Under the pieces are notes generated by a model, which saw only the letters and a program-made list of their open reading frames with translations, did no database searches and had not been told where the DNA came from. From the human T2T-CHM13v2.0 reference genome, Homo sapiens, in assembly GCF_009914755.1 (NCBI RefSeq), contig NC_060935.1: a stretch of 64,000 bases of DNA; one strand, 5' to 3'. Position 1 is the first letter of the stretch; the number at the start of each line of letters is the position of its first letter. This document shows, piece after piece, positions 40,722-57,190 of the stretch. Position numbers and translations under genes: made by a program.

Positions 40722-41021
40722 GGCTGGGCATGGTAGCTCACACCTGTAACCCTAGCACTTTGGGAGGCTGACGCGGGTGGATCACCTGAGGTCAGGAGTT
40801 TGAGACCAGCCTGGCCAATATGGTGAAACCCCGTCTCTACTAAACATGTAAAAACTTAGCTGGGCTTGGTGGCACATGCCTATAGTCCTAGCTACTCGGG
40901 AGGCTGAGGCAGGAGAATTGCTTGAATGTGTGAGGCAGAGGTTGCAGTGAGCCAAGATCACGCCACCGCACTCCAGCCTGGATAACAAAGTGAGACTCCG
41001 TCTCAAAAAAAAAAAAAAAAA
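40722..41021 (+). mobile_element. AluS (Sx/Sq)
   Basis: gatcacctgaggtcaggagtttgagaccagcctggcc; A tail. Confidence 0.95.
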
Positions 41022-41749
41022 GGAAAAAGAAATGTGAGACCGGTGATGTGTCAGTGACCAACAGCGGGCTTAATATGATGCTCAGGTGTATAGATGATCA
41101 ATGTTTTGTCCACACTGTGTGGTGTAGAGGGGGACAGAAGGTGAGTTCTCTCTGTCACTGAGTGACACGTTTCTTAGCCTCTCAAAGCCTGATTCCTCAT
41201 AGATAAACTGGGGACATGGATGCCTACCTGCAGAGCTGTCACTAGGATTTAAAAATTACTTATAAAGCATGCCTGGTATAGTACCTGGTGCTCTGTATGA
41301 AGGATGACCTTGCAGGTAACTTCGGATGCCTTGACGCCTACCATTTATAAGATCTTGCCAGCCAGCTCAGGAAGGGAGAGGAGGTGCCACCTCACCAAGC
41401 CTTTAGGTCCCTGGGCCATTTGTTCTGGTGCCTGTGTGGTTGAGGATGCTCCTCGTGAGGACCTGTGATACCCTACTTGGCCATGCTCTTCTCTGTTCCT
41501 GATCTCACCCTCCAACCTCTGGCTTGGCCTCTCCCAGATCCTGATCTCTGCCTTCTGTGCCTCTCCCGTGACCCTAAGCAGACTGTTCTCAGCTCCCAAA
41601 GACTTGGGTGTCTTTATTCACCTTCTTCTCTGATTCGCAAGAAGCTTCCTGGAATGATTACCATGATTCAATTTCTATGGAAATAAAAAGTTACCCAGTA
41701 GCAGCCTGCCCTTTTAACACAACTTCGTTTCTGAATTTTAAAGACAGTT

Positions 41750-42295
<546 letters not shown>

Positions 42296-42409
42296 ATAGG
42301 ATATGTCAATGGGTGTATATCAGTGTATGCATATGCTGTATACACAAATATAAATAATCTCTACCCCTCCTCCAACACAAATCTTTATCTGGGGTCACAG
42401 ATAAAGTAA

Positions 42410-42843
<434 letters not shown>

Positions 42844-43384
42844 TAAAGCAGGCACTTGTTACAAACTGAGACATGGAGCACCATGCTGGGGTGCAGGGTT
42901 TGGGAAGCAGGGACCCTCACAGGGGTTCATGCTTGTCAAGAAGGAGCTGTGTAAAAGAAGGGGAGGGGCCTGCTGCCTCTTGACTCTGCCTCTCCTCCTC
43001 CAGCTTCCTTGGCCACCACAGCCATGTGGACTGCAGGAGAGAGGCCTCTCCAGTCTGCCTTTTCCTTCGCTTAGCGCGAGGCTGCTGCCAAACTGAGGCT
43101 GGTTGTTTCTTGATCTCCTACCCAGGTGGTAGCAACTTTCCAGATAAAGCAGGGTCCTCTGTGACCCCAGGAGCCCACCATGTGCTGGAAATGGGCTCTT
43201 AACACTGGGATCAGACCCTTGGGGCTTTATAATCCTGGTTCTTAAGTTGGATATTGGACTGTCATTCTGACACACAAACAGAATACTTGAAAAATCCAGG
43301 CCCTAGAAAACCAGGATTAAGATAAAGTTGAGGTGCAGGGGCAGTGGGGTCTAGAAGAACATGGACTAAGAGGAAGGGAAAGAA

Positions 43385-43610
43385 GCTAGTATAGATAGCA
43401 CGGACTACTGTGCGCCTGACATTGGACTTAGCATTTTACATATATTCTTACCTCATTTATACTCTTCAACAATAGGCAGCACTATTACCAGTCCCATTTT
43501 AGAGATGAAGAAGTTAAGGCTGATAGCTTCAGTGACTTGCACAAGGTTACCCAACTAGTAAGTCCTGGTGCCAGGATTTGAGTCGAGGTTTTTCTGACTT
43601 CACAGCTTAA
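43385..43610 (-). mobile_element. MIR
   Basis: cccattttagagatgaagaa...gtgacttgcacaaggttac...ccaggatttga. Confidence 0.75.
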
Positions 43611-43860
43611 GCACTAAACCACTAAACCATATGAGACAGCTAAGAGATACTCAGTTCTCCCCACAGCCTTGTGAGGTGCAGACATCACTATCCTGATTTT
43701 CCTGTTGTGAGAAGTATGACCCAGTCTTTCCCAAAGATTCCCAGCATGGATTTGAAGCTGGGTCTGTCTCACACCAAAGCCTGTGTGAGAGCAGCGCCTT
43801 CCTTGTCTCCACCGGACACAGGGAGGGCTGGTTGGACTTCCCTCAGAATAGGGCATGCGC

Positions 43861-44931
43861 TGTTGTGGGAAGTCAGGGACCCCAAACGGAGGGACCAGCT
43901 GAAGCCATGGCAGAAGAACGTGGATTGTGAAGATTTCATGGACATTTATTAGTTCCCCAAATTAATACATTTATAATTTCTTATGCCTGTCTTTACTGCA
44001 GTCTCTAAATATAAATTGTAAAGATTAAATGGACACTTATCACTTCCCCAGTCAATACCCTTGTGATTTCCTATGCCTGTCTTTACTTTAATCTCTTAAT
44101 CCTGTCAGCTGAGGAGGATGTATGTCGCCTCAGGACCATGTGATAATTGCGTTAACTGCACAAATTGTACACCATGTGTGTTTGAGCAATATGAAATCTG
44201 GGCACCTTGAAAAAAAGAATAGGATAATAGCAATTGTTCAGGGAATAAGAGAGATAACCTTAAACTCTGAACGCCGGTGAGCCAGGCAGAACAGAGCCAT
44301 ATTTCTCTTCTTTCAAAAGCAAATGGGAGAAATATTGCTGAATTCTTTTTCTCAGCAAGGAACATCCCTGAGAAAGAGAATATGCGCCTGGAGGTATAGG
44401 CTTATATACAGCTCCCCCAGGTGCGCCTGTGTCTTATGGTCGAGACTGCAGAGGTGAAATAGACTCCAGTCTCCCATAGCGCTCCCAGGCTTATTAGGAA
44501 GAGGAAATTCCCACCTAATAATTTTGGTCAGACTGGTTGCTCTCAAAACCCTGTCTCCTGATAAGATGTTATCAATGACAATGGTGCCCGAAACTTCATT
44601 AGCAATTTTAATTTTGCCTCGGTCCTGTGGTCCTGTGATCTTGCCCTGCCTCCGCTTGCCTTGTGATATTCTATTACCTTGTAAAGTACTTGATGTCTGT
44701 GACCCACACCTATTCGTGCACTCCCTCCCCTTTTGAAAATCCCTAATAAAAACTTGCTGGTTTTTGCAGCTTGTGGGGCATCACGGAACCTACCGACATG
44801 TGATGTCTCCCCCGGACACCCAGCTTTAAAATTTCTCTGTTTTGTACTCTGTCCCTTTATTTCTCAAGCTGACCAACGCTTAAGGAAAATAAAAAAGAAC
44901 CTACGTGAATATCGGGGCAGATTCCCCGATA
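43861..44931 (+). mobile_element. MER11 (MER11C-like; HERV-K11/HML-8) solo LTR, 1071 bp
   Basis: Starts tgttgtgggaagtcagggacccc, ends ggggcagattccccgata; AATAAA 44745-44750; 6-bp TSD atgcgc (43855-43860) / atgtgc (44932-44937). Confidence 0.93.
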
Positions 44932-45695
44932 ATGTGCAAGTGGAATTTTGTGATCCCCGGAGGACCGAAGACTTTTAATCATTTTCGTAACACTGACCAC
45001 TTCTGTCCATTAAAAAACAGAAATTTAACATCAAGAGGAAGCATAACATTTAGAAGGGATTTGTTGAATCTGGTACTGTATTAAGAGAGCCGTCTCAACT
45101 CACTGAAAGTATGAGAAGTATTTTGCATTTAAGCAAATAAAAGTCTCAGGAGTCCACTAATAATTATGCAACCCCAAATTTATGGTTCCTAGGTCTCATT
45201 GGATAAAATGTGAAGCATAACAACAAACTCGTTAGGTTATGACACATTAAAAGAATGTGAAATATTTATTAAAGCAACAGACAATGGTGAAATAGACAGC
45301 TTGGGGCCTGATATTTGAGGATGAGAATACGAATTTTGAGTATACGCCAAAATTGCTCTTTGGCAATATTCATTAACATCTGTCACAAAAGGTCAAGAGA
45401 CCCAGAAAATATGCGTAAAAATAATTAACCACCAGGTTGAAGTGAGCAGGGAAACCAGGCCCAGGAGAGGTGTGAAAAGGCTTTACAATGTCTGGAAGTC
45501 TTCCTCTTCAGTGTGTGTGGGCAAGGAGCTTAGATTCATTGTGGGGATACTTCCTAGGCAAAAATGTAACACCCAATATGCCAATAAGGGGCCCTGAAAG
45601 GAGAGGTTTTCAGCAGTGCCTCCTTTTGAGGATGGTGAAGAGAAGTCTTTATGTTTGCTGTTATTGTACTCTCTCATTTAAGAAATATAATTTAG

Positions 45696-46008
45696 GGCTG
45701 GGTGTGGTGAATCACACCTGTAGTCCCAAAATTTTGGGAGGCTGTGGTGCGAGGATGACTTGAGTTCAGGGGTTTGAGACCAGCCTAGGCAACATAGCAA
45801 GACCCTATTGCTACTTTAAAAAAAAATTAAAAAAATTAGCCAGGCACAGTGGCACATGTCTGTAGTCCCAGCTACTTGGGATGCTGAGGTGTTAGGATTG
45901 CTTGAGCCTGGAGGTCAAGGTTGCAGAGAGCCAGGATCATACCACTGCACTCCAGCCTGAGTGACAGAGTGAGACCCCAACTCTAAACAAAACAACAACA
46001 ACAGAAAA
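45696..46008 (+). mobile_element. AluJ
   Basis: gaccagcctaggcaacatagcaagaccc; TSD gaaata(t/c)aattt. Confidence 0.9.
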
Positions 46009-46159
46009 GGAAATACAATTTTGGCTCTTTTCTTAAAGTGAATAAATGCCATCTGGTTCATGTTTTAACAGTTACATTTTAAAGAAACTGGGGCTCATTT
46101 AGACGAATCCTGGGAATACCAGTGATAGCACTGCTCTGAGCAGCACCTTCAGCTCTTTA

Positions 46160-46334
46160 AACTACTCCAGCTGTTTGGGTCCTCCCTGCTGAGCTCCCAG
46201 ATGTCAGGGAGCAGAGACAAGCAACTCATGCTGTACCCTGTCCAAATTCCTGACCTGCATGAGCATGAGAAGCGGTTGTGTTTTATGCCACTAAGTTTGG
46301 GTGGTTTGTTATGCAGCAATAGAAAACCAGAACA
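46160..46334 (+). mobile_element. MLT1H-like LTR 3' part
   Basis: ccctgtccaaattcctgacc...gccactaagtttgggtggtttgttatgcagcaatagaaaaccagaaca. Confidence 0.75.
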
Positions 46335-49068
46335 TGTGGAATCTCCTAAGTTTTAAAAGCCATGCCTAATTCAAGATTTTACAACAACAATGGCAGTACC
46401 ACAATGCTGGCCAATGCTGTGCAGACCAAACACGATTGCTGGATTTGTTCCCATAGGACACCAGCTTGAGACTTCAACTTAAGAAATTATAAATGGTAGG
46501 TGGTCGATGACCAATGGGACAAAAGAGAACCAGCAAGGAGGGCAGAGATTTCTTTGCAGAGAGATGGCAGGCACAGGGATTAGTGGGGTGCTCAGAATTA
46601 GTGCAGGTTTTCAAAAAATGAATGTTAAATGCAAGAAGGTTCTCATTGAGAGGCCAAAGGACCTTAATTGATCTGGAATACATTGGCATCTCATGTACCA
46701 TATACTTAGATGTTTTGGAATTCACTCAAGAAAACCACTGATAGCTATTTTGGATCCACAAATACCAAGTATTTTCTCCTTGCAGGGAACCTCAGTCTGC
46801 AGGGTCCCATTTGTTTCATCCTTGCCTGGGAGCAACTAGGCACTGAGTTTTCCCAGGTTGCATTGTGAGAAAACACTAGAATGGACAGGACAAAGGCAGA
46901 TAGCATAAGGAGACAGGCCCTTAGCAAATAGAGTCCATGCGAATAAGTCTGTGTGGACTCAGAGGACAAATGTAACAAACTCTTACATGGGCCAGCCTTC
47001 TCATCTCATGGGTAACTTGTTTCTAGTTACCCCTTGGATTGTGAAATTCATTTATACAAGATTGCCCATCAGTTGCAGTTAGCAAAGAGCACAGACCATT
47101 TTCAAACACATTACATATTGGAGCAAGAAGAGGTCTTATCATTCAGTCTTCTTGTTTTACAGACAAGGGAAAGGAAGGCCCAGAGAGGGAGAAGGACCTG
47201 CCCAAGGTCACACGGCCAGTTAGTGAGCAATTGAACGTGGAGCTCAGCTTGCCTTTCATTGTGCAACCAACTCATTTTTTCTGTGCTTTCAGTAGCTTTC
47301 TGTTTGACTTCATCTAACCACCTTCAGAGCACAATTTATACTCTTCTTCATGATTTCAGTAATTTGTGAAGACAGTATATTTTTCTAAGAAGGCCGAATT
47401 TTTCTAAGCCACAACTTTCTGCTGCTTTTATAGAATACTGTCTGTGCAGGGCTGTAATGAGAGTGGTTTATGTTGTCTTCTCAGCTCTGATTACCTCCGC
47501 TGAAGTGGGTGGGCTTATGTGGGCACTTACATTCTATAAGAATCTGGTTCTTACTCCATTTCCAATTCCTAAGTGATTTGACCCAGGATAGCTAGTCCAT
47601 CAGCTGGACAGAAACCAATGGTTCTCTCTAAATACTTCCTACCAAGAGACTCAGGAACCATGGCTGGATGGCAGTGAGCTCTTGAATTAAAATGTTATAT
47701 GGAGCAATAGCTGTGTGCAAGCTGAAGATAAGCAGTAAGATTTAGGGAAATCTGCATTGAAGATGGACAGGGGAGCAAACCCACAGAAAGAAGCCAAGGC
47801 AGGATCATGTGGCCTGGAGTGGGCAAAGGAAAGCACCGCTGTCCTCATGGGGCTCCCCTGCCAATCTTGTGCTATGGGGCCTGGCCGATAGCCTTTCTAC
47901 TTGAACGAGCTATTTCTTACAACCCACTGATCTTCCCTCAGTGAGCCATAACCTAACAGTAGAGATAAAATATGTCAGGTCATTGAGTACCTGTAGATTC
48001 TAATTTGGCAAGTGTGGACAGGGCCTGGATGGCATATTTTAAAAGACCTTACTTCGCAATTCAGCAGACCAGCCAAGATCAAGAGCATCGTCCTGCAGAA
48101 TAAGGTCCTGGCTCCTTGTAGGTACACATCCCCTTCTGTGCCTTGGCCTTGTCTGCCTCATTTGCCTCACTTTGCCCCAAGTCCTGCCTCAGAATTTATG
48201 CTTTTGAGCTTATGCTCAGAGATTTTCTCTAAGCTTCAGGGCTAAGCGGGATGGAATCCCTTCAAGGGCATCCTCCCCTAAGCTACAGAGCTACTCAAGA
48301 GGTCATATCTCCCTCTGAGTCCGCAATTCCTTCCCTCCTCATTTACAATCTTTCTCCATTTTATACCCTAGACTTCCCTCGGTCCCAGGGAAAGCACAGG
48401 AGGAATTAGGACTTCTCTGGGGCCATCCCAGGTCCTCACCTGCCCCCTGCCCCTGTGCTTCCTTCTACCTCCTCCTGGAATCACCCTCTTTCCTACAGGG
48501 AGTACCTCCCTTCCCTCCTCTCCTCCTGTCTCCCTCCCCCAGCCTGAGACATTCAGGCCAGAAGAACATCCTGGCATCTGCTGGGGGTCGGAAGGCTTTG
48601 GGGACAGACGTGAGCTGAGGGTGGAGAAGGGGGTCTGGTGTTCCAAGATGTGTGCTTCACATTCATTATTTTAGCTGACTTTTTTTTTTGAGCCTAAGAG
48701 AAATGTAAACACCTATCTCAAGAACAGACACTTTACACGGAGCTGTCTAGTACCATATTAAGCTGAAATGAGGAAATATTTTCCCAATTAGCAAGACACC
48801 TTCTATTTCCTGAGTCTTGAGTGCCTGTTAATAGATCAGTGTGTGGTTTCCGTCCTACTCACTGGTGGCTTCCTGTAACTTGAAGAAGCTACAGTATTCT
48901 TTTTGGTCTCTGAGACACCAGGAAGGGAACCTAACTTATTGGGTTATCCCACTTCTGACACCCCTGCCCCCAATTCCCTTCTTGCTGCTACTTCCCTCTT
49001 CTATGCTAGCTGTTCCCTTTGCCTTGAATCTCTTGTCTTTGCACTCCTTTACCATGCTGACTCCTGTC

Positions 49069-49394
<326 letters not shown>

Positions 49395-49885
49395 TGACTC
49401 CACATTTTTATTTTTCATACAGGACTCTGTTAGTTATTTAGTAAAGGAGACTCCGGACACCAGAAATAGCACCTCCCTCTGGAAGCTTTCCTTGATTTCC
49501 TCTCCTTTCTGTTCTCATAGACTCCATATCTGTCTCCATGTTGCACTGATCAGAGATAAGCACAAGGGCTTGATGATGGCTGAGTAATAGGTTAGTGGAG
49601 CCCTATAGCAAAGGGTCTCTTGGCCCCAGGAGTGATAGCATGAGACTACAGCATGACTATAGGTGCCTGAAAGGAGCTGTGGAAAGGGGTGGGTGATGGA
49701 GAAGCAGAGGATAATGGACGGGGTGAGAGCAGAGAGGGAGGAGCCACAGCCCACGATGGGGCCAGCCTGGGAAGAGAACTGGCTCTGGACATGCGTGCTG
49801 GGAGGACCTGGAGCAGAGACACCTTGTAGAGAAGAGCAGATGACAGAGGGTACCTGGCAGATGGATGTCTTTGGTCCTGTAGGCT

Positions 49886-50120
49886 CGTGACTTTCAAATT
49901 TCTTTGAACCATAAATCATAATAAGGAAAACATTGTACTTCACAATCCAGCAAATAAATACACATCTACATGCTGTCTGAAAACAAGTTTCATAAAAAGT
50001 ACTTAATTTTATTACATGTGAAGCACTGATACGTTCTATTCAATTCTAGTCTCTTTTATTGAAAAAATGCAGGTCAGACCATCTAAATTGATCTTACAAC
50101 CCCTTAACAGATCAAGTTTG
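49886..50120. mobile_element. hAT-Charlie MITE (MER113-like)
   Basis: gtgactttcaaatttc...ctgaaacaagtttca...ctaaattgat; family from recall. Confidence 0.45.
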
Positions 50121-50139
50121 TGCATGTGTGTGTGTTTAC

Positions 50140-51762
<1,623 letters not shown>

Positions 51763-52429
51763 GAAGTGCTGCTCTAGGTGAAGTAGGGTCAGCGCTGTAG
51801 AGGTGAGGGCCTGAAGAGTGGAGGAAGAACCAGGGATCATTGTTGTGAATGGGGAAGGAAGTCTTAGGGGCTGAATCCCGGCAGCGGCCTCTCTCCCAGG
51901 AGCAGAGGGCCTGCATCTGTCCTGGAGCCCTTCCCTTGTCAAGAGCATGAAGAAACACAGCGTCAATGTCTGGGGGCCTACTTTCAATTTCCAGTGAAAT
52001 TAGGACAAAGTTCCTTTAGGCTTGATATCATTTCTTTTAAGCCTGAGGCTTGAAGTTGGAGCATTCTAAATGAGTAGGAAACTGTTATGAATAGCAACGA
52101 AAGGCAGAGTAACTAACACCTGACATAGCTATTTTCCTTGCCATTGCCTCTGCATGATTTAATATTTAATATGCTTGTGGTCAAACCAAGTCTGAACAGA
52201 GCAAGCCTGAAGCACTTCTAGCAACACAGCCAGGTGGCCAGGAGCCCAAAGTGATATAACTGTGGTTTACTCACAGGCTTTCAGAGTAACCTTTAGGGCT
52301 GGTTGAACTCTCAGACACCACTTAGCATTTCCTAACAATGATCTGTAATGCATTTGGGAAGCCTGTCTGAATCACCCAATTAGATCATGCTTTCTAATGG
52401 GCCTCAATGCAGAGATGCTGCCAACAGCT

Positions 52430-52680
52430 TTGGCAGAGGCACACAGAGCCCCCTTCTTTACAAGGCATCTTCCACTCTCTGTTTTTGATTTCACTCTCAC
52501 AACATCACTGTGTTGTATCCCAGGTGGATGCTACTATTCCCACTTGCAGATGAGGAATCTGAGGCTCGCTGAAGTTAAGTGACTTGTGCAACGTCACAAA
52601 ACCATTGAATGGTTGCTGTGAGCTTTCAACTCAGGAAAGGGCTTGACTTTCCCCTCAGGTGCCCTTTCCACTGTGGTGTT
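52430..52680 (-). mobile_element. MIR
   Basis: cccacttgcagatgaggaatctgaggctc...gttaagtgacttg. Confidence 0.7.
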
Positions 52681-52846
52681 GGGAGTTAAGTAGAGGCAGA
52701 CAGGTCATTACTGGATGGGAAATGCCCTGTGAGCCATTGCCAGCTATGTTTCTGTGTTGGCCTCCAGCAGTGCTTGTCTGATCAGAGACAGGGGTTATGT
52801 GGTTAGAACTGGGAAGAAGGCACCCACTAAAATTCTCTAGTGACTT

Positions 52847-55417
52847 GTTTTCACTTTTGTTTTAGGTTTAGGGGTATAAGTACAGGTTTATTATATAGGT
52901 AAATTGCATGTCACAGGGGTTTGGTATACAGATTATTTCATCACCCAGGTAATAAGCAGAGTACCGGATAGACAGTTGTTGAATCCTCACCCTCCTCCCA
53001 CCTTGTACCTTCAAGTAGGCCCCGGTATCTATTGTTCCCTTCTTTGTGTTTACGTGTACTCAGTGTTTAGCTCCCACTTACAAGTGAGAACGTGGAGTAT
53101 TTGGTTTTCTGTTTCTTTGTTAGTTTGCTGAGGATAATGGCCTCCAGCTCCATCCATGTTGCTACAAAGGATATGAGCTCATTTTTTAAAAATGGCTGTG
53201 TAGTATTCCGTGGTGTATATGTACCACATTTTCTTTATCCAGTCTACCATTGATGGGCATATAGGTTGACTCCATGTCTTTGCTCACTGTGAATAGTGCT
53301 GCGGTGAACATACATGTGCATGTGTCTTTATGGTAGAATGATTTATATTCCTTTGGGTATATACCCAATAATAGGATTGCTGAGTTGAATGGTAATTCTG
53401 TTTTGAGTTCTTTGAGAAATCTCCAAACTGCTTTCCATAATGGCTGAACTAATTTACATTTCCACCAGCAGTGTATGAGCATTCCCTTTTCTCTGCAACC
53501 TCGCTAGCATCTGTTATTTTCTGACTTTTTAGTAATGGCCACTCTGACTGGTGTGAAATGGTATCTCATTGTGGTTTTGATTTGCATTTCTCTGATGATT
53601 AGTAATGTGGGCATTTTTTCATATGCTTTTTGGCTGCATATTTGTCTTCTTTTGAAAACTCTGTTTATGTTCTTTGCCCACTCTTTAATGGGGTTGTTTT
53701 TTGCTTGTAAATTTAAGCTTATAGATTCTTGATATGAGACCTTTTTCAGATGCATACTTTGCAAATATTTTCTCCCATTCTGTAGGTTGTCTGTTTACTC
53801 TGTTGGTAGTTTCTTTTACTGTGCAGAAGATCTTTAGTTTAATTAGGTCCCATTTATCCATTTTTGTTTTTGTTGCGATTGCTTTTGGAGTCTTGGTCAC
53901 AAAATCTTTTCTGTAGCCTATACCCAGAATGCTATTTCCTAGGGTATTTTCCACAGTTTTTATATTTATGTTTTACATTTAAGTCTTTGGTTCATCTTGA
54001 GTTGATTTTTGTATATGGTGTAAGGAAGGAATCCAGTTTCAATCTTCTGCATATAGCTAGCCAGTTATTCCAGCACCATTTATTGTATAGGGAGTCCTTT
54101 CTCCATTATTTGTTTTTGTTGATTTTGTCGAAGTTCAGATGGTTGTAGAGGTGTGGCTTTATTTTTGGGCTTTCTACTTTGTTCCATTGGTCTATGTGTT
54201 GGTTTTAGTACCAGTACCTTATTGTTTTGATTACTGCAGCCTTGTAGTATAGTTTGAAGTCTAGGTATAGAATCATATTGTCTACAAACAGAGATAGTTT
54301 GACTTTGTCTCTTTCTATTTGGATGGCTTTTATTTCTTTATCTTGCCTGATTGCTATGGCCACGACTTCCAGTACTATGTTGAATAGGAGTGGTGACAAT
54401 GGGCATTCTTGTTTTGTTCTGGTTCTCAAGGGGACTGCTTCCAGCTTTTGCCCATTCAGTGTGATGTTGGCTATGGGTTTGTCATAGATGGCTCTTATTA
54501 TTTTGAGTTATGTTTCCTAAATGCCTAGTTTGTTGAGGGTTTTTAACATGAAGGGATATTAAATTTATTGAAAGCCTTTTCTGCTTCTGTTGAGATGATC
54601 ATGTGGTTTCTGTTTTTATTTCTGTTTATGTGATAAATCACATTTGTTTATTCGTATATGTTGAACCAACTTGTGTCCCAGGAATTAAAGCCTACTTGAT
54701 CATGGTAGATTAGCCTTTCTATGTGCTGCTGGATTCAGTTTGCTAGTATTATGTTGAGTATTTTTGCATGTATGTTCATCAGGGATATTAGCCTGAAGTT
54801 TTCTTTTTTCACTGTGTCTCTGCCAGGTTTTGGAACCAGAATGATGCTGGCCTCATAGAATGAGTTAGGAAGGAGTACCTCCTCCTCAGTTTGTTGGAAT
54901 GGTTTCTGTAGGAATGGTAGCAGCTCTTCTTTATAAATCTGGTGGAATTGGGCTGTGAATCTGTCTGGTCCTGGGCTATTTCTGGTTGGTAGGCTTTTTA
55001 TTACTGCTTCAGTTTTGGAACTCATTATTGGTCTGCTCATGGATGTGTTTGTAGTAGTCCCCAAGGGTTTTTTGTATTTCTGTTGGGTCAGTGGTAATGT
55101 CCCTTTTGTAATTTCTGATTGTGTTTATTCGGATCATCTCTTTCTCTTTTTTTCTTTGTTAGTCTAGCTAGTGGCCTATCAATCATATTTATTCTTTCAA
55201 ATAATGAACTTTTGATTTTGTTGATCTTTTGTATATTTTTGCATCTCAATTTCATTCAGTTCATCTCTGATTTTGGTTATTTCTTTTATTCTGCTAGCTT
55301 TGGGGTTGGTTTGCTCTTGTTTTTCTAGTTCTTCTAGGTGTGATGTTAGGTTGTTAATTTGAAATCTTTCTAACTTTTTGATGTGGGCATTTAGTGCTAG
55401 AATCTTCCCTCTTAATG
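52847..55417 (-). mobile_element. L1PA16-like, 5'-truncated, with internal deletions
   Basis: 3' UTR gtaaattgcatgtcacaggggtttggt...; ORF2 remnants ([45 protein letters not shown]); TSD tct(a/g)gtgactt at 52836-52846 and 55418-55428. Confidence 0.93.
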
Positions 55418-55484
55418 TCTGGTGACTTCCCAGAAGGTCAGGAGGGCTCCCTCTACTGGAAGCATCAAAAGTGGCCCACAGCTT

Positions 55485-55700
55485 GGTGGTCAAGACCATA
55501 GAGTTAGAATTAGATTGAGATTGGAATCTCAGCTCTGCCTCTTACTGATGTGTGGCCTTGAGCAGGTTGTTTAACCTTGCTCATTGTAAGTCTTCTTACC
55601 TATAAAGTGTGGTTTTATAGTTTTTTATGAAGATTGAATTATTGTATGTAAGGTACTTAGATCAGTAGTAGACACTCTATAATTAATAACTGTTATTGTG
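55485..55700 (+). mobile_element. MIR
   Basis: aatctcagctctgcctcttactgatgtgtggccttgagcaggtt. Confidence 0.7.
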
Positions 55701-56379
55701 TAATGCACTTAGTAAACACTAAATAAAAAGCCATTGTCATGGCATTGAGATATTTTCATGAACAGTGGTTGCTACTTGCAGACGATGTCATTGAGAACTG
55801 AACATATTCTGTGACAGTGTCTCCCAGAGGCTAAAGAAACTTCCTAAGTACAGAAGCCTGTGATTTGCACCTATATAATGTGCTCCATGAGACAGTTTTC
55901 CATCATGTAATCAGTAGTGCATTGAATAAGTGCTGGACAAATGGAGGTAAGAGTTGTGTTTCTTGCCCTCAGGGAACTTATGATCTGGCTGGGGTTGGCC
56001 AGTGGGGGAAGGTGCAAAAACCCATGCATAGAAGATAAACACCAAATATGGTAACATCATCCATATGGAGAGGATTGGGTCCCTTTGGAGTACAGAGAAT
56101 TAGGGGAGGCAAGAGCCAGGGTGGCCAGGCAAGTCCTGGCATAGGAAATGGACTTGAAAAGTAACATTAAGTCATTCCTACTCCCTCCTTGCTGAGCAGG
56201 AATGAGAAGGCTAACTCCCAATGACAGGTACCGACTTGGTATCAGTTCAGAGGACCTCCCAGGCCTCTCTGCCCTTTGGTGGGGGTGTTACCTTGTGTTC
56301 AATTGTAATTCTCTCAGAGGGTCCAGGCAGCTGGTATGGGTATTAGTCAGGGTCAGGCCATACATGGGTCTGGGAAGCT

Positions 56380-56580
56380 CTGTTCATCTACCTGTTTGTC
56401 CACTCAATTATCTATATTTGTCTATATGTCTGTCTGTCCACATCTGCTCATTTGCCTGTCCATCTTTTCATCTGTTGACCTGTGTATGTCTGTCCTTCCA
56501 CTCATCTATCCATCTGTTAGTTCAATCATCCATCTATCTGCTGTCTATCTGTGTGTCCACCTGTCCTTTCCATGTTTCTA
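56380..56580 (+). repeat. Degenerate (TCTG)/(TCCA)/(TCTA) simple repeat
   Basis: tgtctgtctgtccacatctg...catctatccatctg...tccatctatctgctgtctatctg. Confidence 0.75.
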
Positions 56581-56944
56581 TTGCTCATCTTATTCCACAA
56601 AAGATTTGCAGTGGATTACAGAAAACACAAGGAAACAAAACAAGCAGACACACACGCATGCACGTATGCACACATACACAGGATTAGAAAGGTCTATGAA
56701 GCTAAGAAGTTGCAAATGGGAACGGGGCTAAAACTCAGACTATGTAGAAATGACATAATTGGTTGCTGCTATAGTTGAGCCACAAATTTGTCTGCTATTT
56801 ATTTTTACAGTTATCTTCCCTGAAGTAGACACAATCTACTATTTGTTTACAAGAAAAAATATTTTTTCTTGTTTTTAGCTCAAAAATAACTTTATCTCAT
56901 GAGGCTTCCTTCAGTTTCTGGGGAGAGGCAGTTGTTGGTAGTTT

Positions 56945-57190
56945 TATATGGTGGCTTCTAAATCAGACCAGCCTGAGTTCATATACTGCATCCGTCATTC
57001 AACAACTGAGTAACCTTGGGCTCACTGAGTCTTTCTGTGTCATACTTTCCTAATCTATAAAAAAATGTGATAAGACAAGTATCATCTCAAAGGGCTACAG
57101 TGAGGATTAACTGTGATTGTATATACCCAGAACTTAGTAAGGTGTGGGACATGTAATTAATCTATAATATATGACAGCACTTGTTATTAT
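56945..57190 (+). mobile_element. MIR
   Basis: tcagaccagcctgagttc...aaccttggg...gtgaggattaac. Confidence 0.7.

Noticed and set aside
53186-55499. ORFs with reverse-transcriptase-like peptides
   Set aside because: Frameshifted, stop-ridden remnants of L1 ORF2 in a truncated element.
56202-56731. 161-aa and 131-aa ORFs
   Set aside because: Open because they cross a stop-poor simple repeat; biased S/L/C/I composition.
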